Below, one piece after another: positions 10,733 to 23,606 of a stretch of 64,000 bases of DNA; within the stretch, counting starts at the first letter, position 1, and every line of letters starts with the position of its first letter. Origin of the DNA: Octopus vulgaris (lineage: Eukaryota); NCBI GenBank assembly GCA_951406725.2, contig OX597817.1, forward strand, positions 122,202,001-122,266,000. Reading direction: 5' to 3'. The notes under the pieces were generated by a model, which was not told the origin of the DNA, ran no database searches, and saw only the letters and a list, made by a program, of their open reading frames with translations. The position numbers were made by a program, and so were the translations under genes.

Positions 10733-12106
10733 TTTGCTGTTTCGTCAGTATACGTGTATAGTAACCAGTTTTATGAACACTTACAGTTACAGTACATTTA
10801 CGTATCAAGAACGATATTAGATCGGCAAAATTTGACTCGTGTTAAAAGGAAGGTTACAAGCTCCTCGACTTCATCTCAAGCTGGTCTATGAATCATGCAA
10901 CTTCAGTCAAAACAATAGATTGAACATTTTCAGTGGAAATAGTCGTCTCTAAAATGTTTAAAATGGTCAAACTAATAGAATAATGTAAATTTTGGAGATA
11001 ACATGGCTTTTAGAATTATAATAACATTTTCAATGGAAGTTTTATACAGACAACATACTTCAAGTGTTCCCTTAAAGGTGAATGTAAAAGAAAAATAACT
11101 TATTGAATTACAACTTCAAATAATTGCTTCAAGTCTATTTCTTGCTTTGTTTTAAAAATGGTAGCATAAAAGAACCTGAGAATTAGTGGGTGTTACCATT
11201 TTAGAATAAATGCCATTATTTTTGTCTCTATGTCCTGTAAATTTGAAAACCCTTTGAATGAAAATTTTCTGTAAACATCATTTCATTTATCTAAAAGTGT
11301 TGAAAAGAAACTAACAGAAAGTAGCATAGTGTGTTAAATATCATTTTCTCTATTCAGAACTTTTCAGAAAATGTGTTTTATCATTACTTCGAAATGTAAA
11401 ATTTACTACACGCGATTTGTTATCTACATCTAAGTATTTCTCTGCCATACTCTGGACATGAGGAAGAAAATCAAATCATAAAAAAAAAAAAAATTTCTGA
11501 ATGTCAGTGGATACATCCTATGATCGTGACATATACAGCAATATAAATTTCAGATCTGTAAATACCTGCCAGAATGGAAAATTAGGTATTATACTGATCA
11601 GCAGGAATACATGAGTTGTAGTTGACAATCAATTAGTATTTTAGAAACGTATGCAGTTTTCCTTATCTACTTGATCGAAAAAAAAAGGTAACGTCAGCCC
11701 AATATTACTATGTGTTACGCCATGGAATTGTGTTTCAGAAGTTTATTTAGAAACTACAGGGTTTCAGATTTAATCCGACTGCACAAAACCTCTAGTCATC
11801 GTATCTTATCCTAGCCTTGGGATGGTCGAAGCCTTGTGAGTGAAACCTGTAAACTGACACCATAAAAAACGTTCACCAGAGAGATAGTTTCTATTATAAA
11901 ATATTAGACGAACTCCGCCTCTTGGCTTAACACCGTCATCTGACGCTTGGGCCTTTAGCAGAAGTCACTCTAATGAAATACATCAATTAAGATCTCTGGT
12001 TGGAGAGTAATTTCTCTCTTATTAAACCACTTTTGAAGGTCCTGCAGGAGGTTATGAACACTTTCTTTTCTCTTCTGACTTAGCCATCCAAAATTTTTAA
12101 AAATAG

Positions 12107-12372
12107 AAGCAACTAAGATTACTGGTAATACAGTTTTATATTTAAGAGATGACGGCATATGGCGTAGTGGTTAAGAGCGCAAGCTACTAACCCCAAGATT
12201 CCGAGTTCGATTCTAGGCAGTGACCAGAATAATATTAATAATAAGAAGAACAACAGCATACCTTAGGAATGAGAAATTTCCCCAAGACACCTGAAGAAGG
12301 CTGGAGGGTATATCAGCCGAAATGTTGTGTCAAAACAAACAAGATGAGGATATACTTTATAACAAGCAGCTA
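12107..12372 (+). mobile_element. tRNA-headed hammerhead element, copy 2
   Basis: Near-identical to 10463-10732; bounded by AAGCAACTA / AAGCAGCTA. Confidence 0.75.
12286..12331 (+). ncRNA. Minimal type-I hammerhead ribozyme motif
   Basis: Identical to 10645-10690. Confidence 0.7.
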
Positions 12373-12773
12373 TTATTTTTATAATAAATTATAATACAAT
12401 TGTGAGCGATGATTAATTCAATATGAAGAATTAATTAATATTTGGTATTAAGATATGAAATATACTGTTGATTCAAGACACCCTTAATATATGCCTCTGA
12501 CATACAATAAAAGAAAGATGATTCGCATTTGGGAATTTAATGATAGAATATTTTGTAATATAAAAATGAGACAGAGAAAGGTAGATAGTCAGAGAGAGGG
12601 AGAGTGAGGGAGAGAGAGAATTACTAGAATAACATAAGCAACAGATTGAGAAAGAGGAAAAAGAAATGATAGAATCAATATACAACACAAACTGTTCAAT
12701 AAATTTTTGCTGAACACTTTGGTGAATGTTAAATAAATCAATGTTGTACAACGCATGATTCATGTATTATGCC

Positions 12774-12808
<35 letters not shown>

Positions 12809-13909
12809 AAGAATCTTCAGAAGTGCACACATTTAGTTTAATAATGATATGCATTCTGCCCTCAAAGTGACTTCCCATTTTGATTCTACCGAATTCAGAA
12901 AACAGATAATGACTCAAGCCAATAGGAGAATACTTAATCCTAGATTAGTAATGGAAGAAAACATTTACAGATATCCAGCTATGCTAAGGTTTAAATACAA
13001 GATCATGAAATATCTGATTCATGTCAAGAGGTTTATTGATGCGGTAAGATTTCAGAAAATGGCTTAAGATAACACGATAGGAAATCTTACACAGCTGAAC
13101 AATGTTTTTCCTTTTCTTTTATAATTTCTTTCGCAATATAAAGCATAAGGCTAGAGATATTTCTGTTGTGTAAAGACAATCTTGAAAGAAGAGTGGGGAA
13201 TAAATTATGTTAAATAAAATATAGAATTTTTAAAATAAATAATAAAAAAAAACAGACATGAGATAAAAGAACTCCAGAAAATAGCATAGCACTTGATCAG
13301 GAAGTAAAACGTGTAAATTGAGAATTTAAAAAAAAGTCTGAAGTATCAACAAAAAACATCAGAATGTAATGAACTCAGATGTTAAGAATGAATGTGGTCG
13401 AAGCTGGTTGGAATGATATGATAAAAAATGATTTAGGAATCTGTTTTATGTTTCTGCTTGAAAGTTGGTAAACCTCATTTCAATTCTTAATAATAAAGTG
13501 GATGCTGGTATACTTGATTATATAATAAAAGAATGTAATTGACTGAAATTAATTAGATGTGGAACGCACCAAACATGCTTTGATCCTGTTAGACCTCGTC
13601 GGGGAAAAATTACTTAACTGTGCTTGCAAAATATTAAAACGACTACAGAGATATAGCTTTTACGTAAATGAATATTTATTACTTAATATCAAATAATCAC
13701 TGGTTTCGAAAATTATTCAAAGCTCCGTCGTTGAAATATCGATAACAAAAGCATTGTCACAATTTAAACTTGAGAAAAGTTTTGCATATTTTTACTGTTC
13801 TACTTACAGATTGTATTTGTAATGTTGGTTGATTTCTGTTTTTGAAAATCCATACTTTAGGAGATTGCCACTTGGGCATTTACTCACAAAACAAAGTGCT
13901 CTAATTATT

Positions 13910-14395
13910 TATTTCTTTATTGCTCACAAGGGGCTAAACATAGAGAGAACAAACAAGGGCAGGCAAAGGGGTTGAGTCAATTACATCGACCCCAGTGCGT
14001 AACTGGTACTTATTCAATCGACCCCGAAAAGGATGAAAGGCAAAGTCAACCTCGGTGGAATTTGAACTCAGAACATAGCTGCAGACGAAATACCTATTTC
14101 TTTATTACTCACAAGGAGCTAAACACAGAGGGGACAAACAAGGACAGACATAGGTATTAAGTCGATTACATCGACCCCAGTGCGTAAGTGGTACTTAATT
14201 TATCGACCCCGAAAGGATGAAAGGCAAAGTCGACCTCGGCGGAATTTAAACTCACAACGTAACGACAGTCGAAATACCGCTAAGCATTTCGACTCGCGTG
14301 CTAACGTTTTCTGCCAGCTTGCCGCCTCCTCTGCCGACGAAATACCGCTAAGCATTCCGTCCGGCGTGCTAATGATTCTGCCAGCTAGCCGCCTT
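13910..14395 (-). mobile_element. SINE family A nested inside another SINE family A copy
   Basis: Outer TSD AAAGTGC(T/C)CTAATTATT (13893-13909, 14396-14412); inner full copy about 14096-14328 flanked by a duplicated GGTATTTCGTC(G/T)GCAG. Confidence 0.85.
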
Positions 14396-14592
14396 AAAGT
14401 GCCCTAATTATTATTAGTATAAATGTGAATTTATTATCTGGATATAAGATGCTGGAAGTTTTGAAGCAGTTGTCCATAGTTATCATCTTTCTCTTTGATT
14501 TACAAAGAGATATTCACATCACCAGAACTGTTGACCTCTATGACAGTACATACTTTTTCTTGTCAATCGCAAACAACATCTGGCCTGTTATG

Positions 14593-14638
<46 letters not shown>

Positions 14639-15174
14639 GTTGTTGTTGTTGTTGATATGGTCACATAACAACTTGACAGATGTTTTGATGGGAATGTTCC
14701 AACTGTATTCCTTGTCTTGATGTTTGCGTACATGTTCAATAATAGTGGGGGGGGTCATCTATATTCATTCCAGAACATTCTTTTCTTTTTCTAAATGACA
14801 TTGTATACTGTTTTCACAACAACGTCGTTTCGTATAAGGTGGTAGTACCTTGATGACATTTTTGGGGCAGCTGCTAATCATGTGTGATGTCATCCACAGA
14901 AATATAACAATCTACATTTATACAGTTGCATCTTGGAGCCCCAAAGGCTTCACTCTTTTGTTTATTAAGTATTTCGTAGCAATCTCCTGTTCTTGGATTG
15001 CAAATGTATATGAACTTCGAAACATGATGTGATGTAGCGATCACGAGTTCAAAAGATGTTGCTCTTTATGTCAATATGGCTATCTTCTTCAAGTCTTTGG
15101 GAAACGTTCCCATGCATAGACACCCCCCACTTTTTTTGGTATACTCAGCGGTTCACATCCAGGTTATCTTTTTA

Positions 15175-15510
15175 GACCCCCTTCGGTCATGAGTGACCAT
15201 GGGTTTGCACCTAGAGAGTTACCCTCTGAGGCACAAGTCTGGGCAAGGTTGTTTTTTTTAATGGAAGACCAGTAGTCGCCCATGCATACCGGCCTCCCCT
15301 CTCCACGCCACCAGTGTCATCCAAGAGAAAGACAAAGGTCGATACAGCTTGGAACCTGTGATGTCGCAACTCATTTCTACAGCTGAGTGAACTGGAGCAG
15401 CGTGAAAATAAAGTGTCTTGCTCAAGAACACAACACGCAGCCCGGTCCGGGATTCGAGCTCACAACCTCACGATCGTAAGCTCGACACTCAAACCACTGA
15501 GCCATGCGCC
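15175..15510 (-). mobile_element. tRNA-derived SINE family C
   Basis: rc GGCGCATGGCTCAGTGG..GAGCTCGAATCCC..CTTGAGCAAGACACTTTA..CAGTTCACTCAGCTG; inserted in the RLE LINE. Confidence 0.85.
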
Positions 15511-16474
15511 TAGAGTTATATTAATTAAACTACATGGGGTCTGTATGGGAGATAATCAGGAAGAGGATGCTTCCTGAGGCACTTGCTGCCCACGCATAGG
15601 ATAGTATTCTTTTCACTTTTCATCACTATGTCAATGTATTAACTTTTGCTGCTGTTGCTTAGGAAGTCCTATTTAAGAGAGACTATACAATATTTGAAGG
15701 TTGTCTGTAAAAATCTCAAGCCTCTTTCTCCTTCATCGCTTCTTAGATAGAGCCAACCAATATCATTATTTCTATGGAGATTTCTAGTTGATGTCATCAT
15801 ATTACCAATTTTAACGTCTATGGAGTGAATTTCCTATACAGGTAGCCAAGTATCCCAAATGTCGGTATCTACACATGTAATGTAAATAAGTGGGATATTG
15901 TCTTGCTGTAAAAGGGGAGTTCCAACAGCCATATTTTTCTAAGTCTTTATTTACAGTACCTTCGTATGATATATTTTCATCAATGCCCAGGTACTTGTAG
16001 CATTCTTTGCATAGAACAGGAATGCTAGTTAGACCATTGATGCACAGGTTTAGGGTATGATCTTCCACGCTCTACAGTCAAATATAAACATTTCATTTAG
16101 CCAAATTTAATTCCTATATCATCTGAAAATGCTGTTAATCCTAGCTGTTTTTTGGCATTTCTAACATTTTTGGCATAAACCTTGAGGCCATCCACAAAGA
16201 AATTATGGGTTACATTAATATCACTTGCATTTGCCGGTCCTAGCATGTAGCTATTTAGTTTTGTAGCAGAAATAAGGGATTTAATGCTAAAATGAACAGG
16301 ATGACAGAAAGACTATCTCTTTGGAATAATCCCTTTGAAACATTTTATATCATTGGAGACAATTGTTCCGCTTTTACTTCTATGTGTAAGAATTGTTGCT
16401 CAGGTCTTTGTGAGTCTCTCAATGGCAGCAATTAAGGTAGCATCTGAATCCCTCACAGGCAGCAACATACATAC

Positions 16475-16550
<76 letters not shown>

Positions 16551-16760
16551 ATGAGAGAGAGTGTGTGTGTGGGTGGGTGTTTGGAATATATTTGCCGCTG
16601 ATTATGAATACCAACCAACAAGATGGCAAAGGAAAATACGTTCGGATGTTGTTTAACTTACAAACATGTGACAATGGAATGTGAAAATCAAATTCAGAAT
16701 TATCTATATTTGAAGTCAAATGAGACATACCTAAATCTTGCTGATTAATATATTCTAGGC

Positions 16761-16907
16761 CAGTGATGGGCAATCTGTAGCCCGTGGAACTTACTGAATT
16801 GCATGCTTAGCAAAATATTACCTTGATTTTTCCTAGTTGTACAGCCCGCCTAATAACAGGTCATATCTCATATGGCTCACTTCTCGAGAAAGGTTGCCTT
16901 CTCTCTG
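16761..16907. mobile_element. hAT-type MITE
   Basis: TIR CAGTGATGGGCAATCT / AGGTTGCCTTCTCTCTG, 8-bp TSD TTCTAGGC/TTCTAGAC. Confidence 0.65.
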
Positions 16908-17065
16908 TTCTAGACCTTTCGTGTTACAGTATTTATCACTACAGGGATATATCCTATATGTGGTTGCTAGAATTACTAAGAATAATAGTCAAATCTTTCT
17001 CCAATCACACGCTCTTATCTTAAATAATCTTAAAAAAAACGTATTAAATAATCTAGTCCTATATA

Positions 17066-17628
17066 TTGGGTTGTCCGTAAAGTTCGTACCGATTTTTAGA
17101 AGAAAGAAAAAGGTTAATAAATACTTGCCATTGCATTTTTAAGCAACCAAATATCAGCCATTTTGTTGCACAATGCGTCTCCATCTTTCCTTTAACTTGA
17201 AAATAACCTCTTCCTAGAATTGAGGTGGTTTCATGGCAAATAATTCAAGGTATCTTTATACGTCATACAAAGAATTGAAATTTTTACCATTAAGACAATT
17301 CTGCAGATACATAAATAAGTGGAAATCCGAAGGAGCAATATCTGGTGAATATGGAGGGTGGGGTAACACATCCCAGCCGAGCTGCAGCAATTTTTGTCTG
17401 GTTCCCAAAGCATCAAATACCGAAAATGAACTTTTTTATCTTCCATTTTAAAGGGTTACAGAATTAACACAGGTTATAGGAACATAAATATTCTTCGACG
17501 AAAAGATAGCTTAAACCTTGCTCTAAATGGAGGTGTAGTCAAATCCTATTTTATGACCTCAACCATGTTCTAAAATAAGTCGAAATGTAAGCTACTATAA
17601 ATCGGTACGAACTTTCCAGACAAGCCAA
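17066..17628 (-). mobile_element. Internally deleted mariner element
   Basis: TIRs TTGGGTTGTCCGTAAAGTTCGTACCGATTT / AAATCGGTACGAACTTTCCAGACAAGCCAA, TA TSD; minus strand MEDKKVHFRYLMLW fused to VLPHPPYSPDIAPSDFHLF..KLKERWRRIVQQNG. Confidence 0.92.
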
Positions 17629-18180
17629 TAGTTCTAAAATGTAGGGCTTCTGAGGTTGAGTATACATGCTTATCCAATTCCTTTGATCTTGATCTAAATT
17701 AGGTAGGGTTGATCCACAATAACAATTACTTATATCTTAAACAAAATAAACAAGAAGAATATCACGTGAACTGTTTTGCCTGAAACACAGTAAAAAAAAA
17801 TTGGAACTCGTGAAGAAACGTCGTGACCGAGACTGCATGACCAAGACAGGAACTGAAATTGTTTGTGCGTGTCTCTTGTATTTAGTAACATAGTATTTAA
17901 TCTATGAAATGCAAATATTTTCCTCTTTCAGACTGAAAAAGAAACTAACTGATAAGAAATATTTCTGTAGTTAATCTATTTAGGGCAAACTGAATGAAGA
18001 CAACAGATTATAAAAGACTTTTTTCAGATACATTAACATAATTGGTTTTACATACACCCATACATACATACATACATACATACATACATACATAATGTTT
18101 GGATGTGTGTGGGTATGTAAGTGTATGTGTGCGTATGTTCCTGTGTATCCATTTGCTTATTTCTGTGTGTGCATTGTGAT

Positions 18181-18286
18181 AGACAGATAGATAGATAGAT
18201 AGATAGATACATGCATGCATACATACATACATACATACATACATACATACATACATACATAGAAAGATAGATAGATAGTTAGATAA

Positions 18287-18384
<98 letters not shown>
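18181..18384. repeat. (GATA)n/(CATA)n microsatellite
   Basis: Direct tandem tetranucleotides. Confidence 0.95.
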
Positions 18385-18694
18385 GAACCATTAGGCGGGC
18401 TGCACAACAAGAAAAAATCAAGGTAATATTTTGCTAAGCATGCCATTCAGTAAGTTCCACGGGCTACAGATTGCTCCTCACTGGCCTAGAATATATTAAT
18501 CAGTAAGATTTAGGTATGTCCATAAAAATTATATTTTCTTCTTTTTATTACAATTGCTTTACAAATTCTTAATACTGTCGTTCCTATTCTGTTGTGAATA
18601 TCATTATACAGACGCACGCACACGTGTGTTTATCTATCTATCTTTCTACATACATACATACATACATACATACATACATACATACATACATACA

Positions 18695-19080
18695 CTCTTT
18701 ACTCTTTAACTTGTTTCTGTCATTTGACAGTGACCATGCTGGAGCACCGCCTTTAGTCGAAGAAATCGACCCCTGGACTTATTCTTTATTAGCCTGGTGC
18801 TTGTTCTATCAATCTCTTCTGCCAAACCACTAAGTTACAGGGACGTAAACACACCAACATCGGCTGTCAAGCGGTGGTGGGCAGGACAAACAGACTCAAA
18901 CACACACACAAACATAAATATATAAATATACACGATAGGATTCTTTCAGTTTCCTTCTACCAAATCCACTCACAAGGCTTTGGTCAGCCTGAGATTATAG
19001 TAGAAGACATTTGCCTAAGGTACCACACAGTCGGACTGAACCCAGAACAAAGCTTCTTACTACACACCCATGCCTACGGC
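18695..19080 (-). mobile_element. SINE family B
   Basis: CCATGCTGGAGCACCGCCTTTAGTCGA...CCACTCACAAGGCTTTGG...GGACTGAACCC. Confidence 0.88.
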
Positions 19081-19104
19081 AATATATATATATATTATCT
19101 CTTC

Positions 19105-19672
19105 TATATCGTTTACTTGTTTCAATCATTGGACAGCGGCCATGCTTGGGCATTGCATCGAAGGGTTTTAGTCGATTGAACCACTAAGTTATGGGGACGT
19201 CAACAAACCAGCATCGTTTGTCAAGTGGTGGTGTGGGATGAGCACAGGCACAAAACACACAAACATACACAAATATGAATACACCAGACTTTCTCCAGTT
19301 TCCATCTATCAAATCCACTCACAAAATTTTGGTCGGCCTAGAGCTACACAGTAGAAGACGGCGGCGAGCTGGCAGAACCGTTAGCACACCGGGAGTAATG
19401 CGTAGCCGTATTTCGTCAGCCGTTACGTTCTGAGTTCAAATTCCGCCGAGGTTGACTTTGCCTGTCATCCTTTCGGGGTCGATTAAATAAGTACCAGTTT
19501 CGCTCTGGGGTCGATGTAATCGACTTAATCCGTTTGTCTGTCCTTGTTTGTCCTCTCTGTGTTTAGCCCCTTGTGGGTAATAAAGAAACAGACACTTGTA
19601 CAAGGTATCATGCAGTGGGACTGAAATCAGAACCATGTGGTTGGGAAAGAAACTTTTTACCACCCAGCCATG
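19105..19672 (-). mobile_element. SINE family B interrupted by a SINE family A copy
   Basis: Family B sequence breaks at AGAAGAC and resumes ACTTG..AAGG after the insertion. Confidence 0.8.
19360..19588 (+). mobile_element. SINE family A, full length (nested)
   Basis: GGCGGCGAGCTGGCAGAA...GTAATAAAGAAA. Confidence 0.9.
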
Positions 19673-19891
19673 AAAAAGAACATTATAAAAAATTCATAGT
19701 TGGGGATGGTCATATTTTGCCAATGAAACACATGCACTGATCTTCTCTTTAGTCTTTATTCATGTTATTTTTAGTTTATACATGTGTCAAATTTCTTTCG
19801 TCGTTACTTCTGTGACCTCTCCAGTGACTCTCAGTCTCGTGTGTCTCCTCTTGTCCTTCTCTGGTGTGCATCTCTATCTATGCATTCTCTG

Positions 19892-19892
<1 letters not shown>

Positions 19893-19960
<68 letters not shown>
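19893..19960. repeat. (GT)n microsatellite
   Basis: Perfect dinucleotide run. Confidence 0.95.
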
Positions 19961-19961
<1 letters not shown>

Positions 19962-21687
19962 CTGTTTGTCCTGTGTATATCCATATGGATTTGTAAATTA
20001 CACTGTACCCATGTCTTTTATTTATCTATTCGTTTTTTCATTCTGTCTTTAGTATGCGATGCGCATGTGTGTCTTGTGTGCGTGTATGAATGTTTCAGAA
20101 TATCTATTGTCCTGAAAATAGTACAATATGACAGTAATCCGTTTCACTTTTTCTAATCATACCTAACTCAACTATGCAGAGTAGCCTGTTGGCTGAAAGT
20201 ATGAGCAGAGGGGCAATAGAGCAGCTATGCTGAAATCCTTGAGCCATGGCAGCCAACGGAGATGGGGCGAGGTAGGGGAGGGCTAATAAATGCAGTGAAG
20301 AGTTGGGAAAAGGTTATAGTGAAGTGTGAAGGAGGGATAATATGAGGACTTGATGAGACGTACATTAATATACTCACGTGATCTCAACTGACTTTGGTCG
20401 GCTGGTTTCCATTTACAGTAAATAGACTTTGAAGTCTATTCTGTTGATTAGAATGCACAGTCGTTCCTTGATTTGATACCCTTCACGCCGAGGGTTTTCT
20501 CTCCCAGTTCTTTAAATGTATACTTGATATATTTGTACAAATTAAGTTTAGTATTTAGAAAAACAATATGAAAATAGATTGCATCTTAAATTCTGTTTGC
20601 ATGGGTTTTTTTGGATGCAAGCGTAAGACGATGCATCGAGCTAAGCCCATGTACATCAAACAGTTAGTGAAGCCATTTGATTAGTAGAGATCAATAAAAA
20701 TATTATCAAGCTTAAATAGATATTCAGGTCGATATGAATGATTAAAACTGTAGTAAACAGTACTCCAGAACGAAGGCAATCCAATGACTGATATAAGCAA
20801 AAGTATAAAGGAATTATATATCAATACAAGGCATATAAACATACGCAAGCACACACACATAAATGAGTGTGTGTATGTATTTAATTTTAATACATCGCTT
20901 ATAAAATATAAAGCTTAAATTCTGTAAATAGTGTTATACCAAAGACTAGAAATTCTAAAAACTTTGTAATAAGAAGGCAAACAAAAAAAAAATGAAATAT
21001 GTATATTCTGTACGTCTTTATTCCTTAATTTTAAATACAGACTTCTAATCCCACCAAATATTATGAAGAAATGATTATCTACCTTGTGCGGTAATGTAGG
21101 AGATTCTACAAATTATGTATATTTTTTTTTAAATGTTACGCTCTAAATATCTATACTGTAAATTTTTACATCGAGAACTTTCATAATAAATACAACGATT
21201 TATTGTTGTGTCTGGGGAAACTCTTTTTTTTTTTTTTTGTGCCACACTCCCCAGACACAACAGAATATGTTTCAACACACGAACTCTCATAAAGAATCTT
21301 GCAAACCAAATCCAAAAACGAAATATAACGATTTATATTTTTCAAGAAATGCTATGTTCTTTCATCATAATTAGCTTCATAGTAACTAGTTACTGGACGG
21401 GTTTAGTAGTATAGGATACAAAATGTCATAAATACTTAAAATACTGAAAATTTGTTATAAATACTTAAATACTGAAAATTTGTTATTATTGAAATGAGCT
21501 GTAATCGTTTAAAAATTTTAACATCGTTTTCTGAAAAGGAGATGTTATTTTTTCTTACTTCACACTAGGCCTGAATCTGCTAAGAATCAAGGGAAATGAA
21601 TTCGAGATCGTAGACCGGGTGCATGTATATATGAGTGTGTATGTAAGTATGTGTCGTGTAAGTGTCTGTGTGGGTTTATCTTTACAT

Positions 21688-21907
21688 ACTCTTTTACTCT
21701 TTTACTTGTTTCAGTCATTTGACTGCGGCCATGCTGGAGCACCGCCTTTAGTCGAGCAAATCGATCCCGGGACTTATTCTTTGTAAGCCCAGTACTTATT
21801 CTATCGGTCTCTTTTGCCGAACCGCTAAGTGACGGGGACATAAACACACCAGCATCGGTTGTCAAGCAATGCTAGGGGGACAAACACAGACACACAAACA
21901 CACACAC

Positions 21908-21950
<43 letters not shown>

Positions 21951-22117
21951 TATACGACAGGTTTCTTTCAGTTTCCGTCTATCAAATCCACTCACAAGGC
22001 ATTGGTCTGCCCGGGGCTATAGCAGAAGACACTTGCCCAAGATGCCACACAGTGGGACTGAACCCGGAACGATGTGGTTGGTTAGCAAGCTACTTACCAC
22101 ACAGCCACTCCTGCGCC
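21688..22117 (-). mobile_element. SINE family B, full length, young-looking
   Basis: rc GGCGCAGGAGTGGCTGTGTGGTAAG head, CORE-like TCTTGGGCAAGTG, internal (TA)n(TG)n, (GTAAAAGA)n tail; CpGs retained. Confidence 0.92.
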
Positions 22118-23269
22118 TGTATATTTTTACATGTATATTTTTATATATTTATGGATATGTATTTTAAGAGAATACATATCTATATTACGGTCATTAAACT
22201 GCCTTGACAAAGGATCAGGGTAAATAAATTCGAAATCCCATACTGTGTGCATGTGTATATGAGTGTGTATGTACGTATATGTCATGTGTGTGTATCAGTA
22301 TTTTATATGTATATTTTTATGAATTTTAAGAGAATACATATCCATATTACAGTCGTTGAACAGCCTATGTGTTGGGATACCGCTTGCAAAGTGTTTTAAC
22401 CAATCATACCAATTCCAATATTTAGTTAAGCCTGATATATATTTTATTGATTTCTAAATATCGAATGCCTAGGTTAAATTTTGATGTAAAGGAGGCCCGA
22501 TATATCGTCTTACACCACCACCCACAATCTCATAGTAAAACAGAATTAAAAATGCAGTCTGTCCCATGAATCCAATCATTATGGTACTACATTCCCGTTG
22601 AGTCTGCTTCATTATTATAGAGTGATTAAATTATTTCTGCTTATAAACTCTGAATATATCTGCATTTCTTAGATAATGTGAATTTATAAAAGCATATGTT
22701 TCTCATATTTTAAAGATAATATGGCCTACTAAAGAAAGTTAGTTTTAAACAATGCAAATATATGTGAAAAGTATTTCATTATATTTAGTGATCCAAAGCA
22801 AATATTTGACACCCTGTTATCTGCACTTCTAATTAATAAATATTGTAATTAAAACGAGAGGCCTAATTTATATTGTATATTATGATTCTCTAAAAGCTAT
22901 AAAGCATAAACAATGCATGCTATTGAACCCAAAATTGTTTTTCTTCCAAAGAAAACAATGACGGTCTTGAAGAACAACAAGGCATGCAAGTAATCAAGTG
23001 GGTATTAACACAAAGAGAAACAAGAGACAAAAACAAAAAAAGGCACCAAATATTTCAACACAATAATCAAATATCCATGTTGTTGATAGTGTTATATTAG
23101 ATGGTTGAATAGAAACAATGGAATCACACTATTAAACTTGTTTAATTAACTGGCATCCTACCATACACTATGTAATATTTAAAGAGCAGTACAATCAAAT
23201 TATTGTCTACACTGATACTGCTGACTAAACAGACCAATTAATTTAGCTTGATTAAATTCTCTGTGTGTA

Positions 23270-23271
<2 letters not shown>

Positions 23272-23338
<67 letters not shown>

Positions 23339-23405
23339 ATATATGTGTGTGTATATATATATATATATATGTATGTATCTCCACATATACACACATATGT
23401 ATATG

Positions 23406-23445
<40 letters not shown>

Positions 23446-23606
23446 CATATATATATATATATATACATACATATACATACATATATATATACATACACAC
23501 ACACACATATATATGCATACACACATCATACATCCATACATACATATATACAGACATATATATATATATATACACACACACACATATATGTGTGTGTGTG
23601 TGTGTA
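23272..23606. repeat. Compound (TA)n/(TG)n/(CA)n microsatellite
   Basis: Direct tandem repeats. Confidence 0.95.

Larger units (their letters stand above)
13755..16460 (-). mobile_element. Degraded RLE-type non-LTR retrotransposon (R4/Dong-like), RT + CCHC + restriction-like endonuclease
   Basis: Minus-strand remnants in order: DSLSVILF, FVDGLKVYAK, YKYLGIDENI, FAIQEQEIATKYL, KCRL..DDITH..ISSCP, KHNRPDVV..IEV..KEK, TVKICKTFLKFKL*; interrupted by SINEs (13910-14395, 15175-15510) and a (TAA/CAA)n block (14596-14654). Confidence 0.85.
16724..18520. repeat. About 131-bp inverted repeat pair (16724-16854 and 18390-18520)
   Basis: GACATACCTAAATCTT...CAGCCCGCCTAAT is the reverse complement of ATTAGGCGGGCTG...AAGATTTAGGTATGTC with few mismatches. 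Confidence 0.9.

Noticed and set aside
21427-21490. Short tandem duplications (about 29 bp here, 19 bp at 9406-9450) as a CRISPR-like or regulatory array
   Set aside because: Only two adjacent units with no spacers; ordinary slippage duplications in a eukaryotic genome
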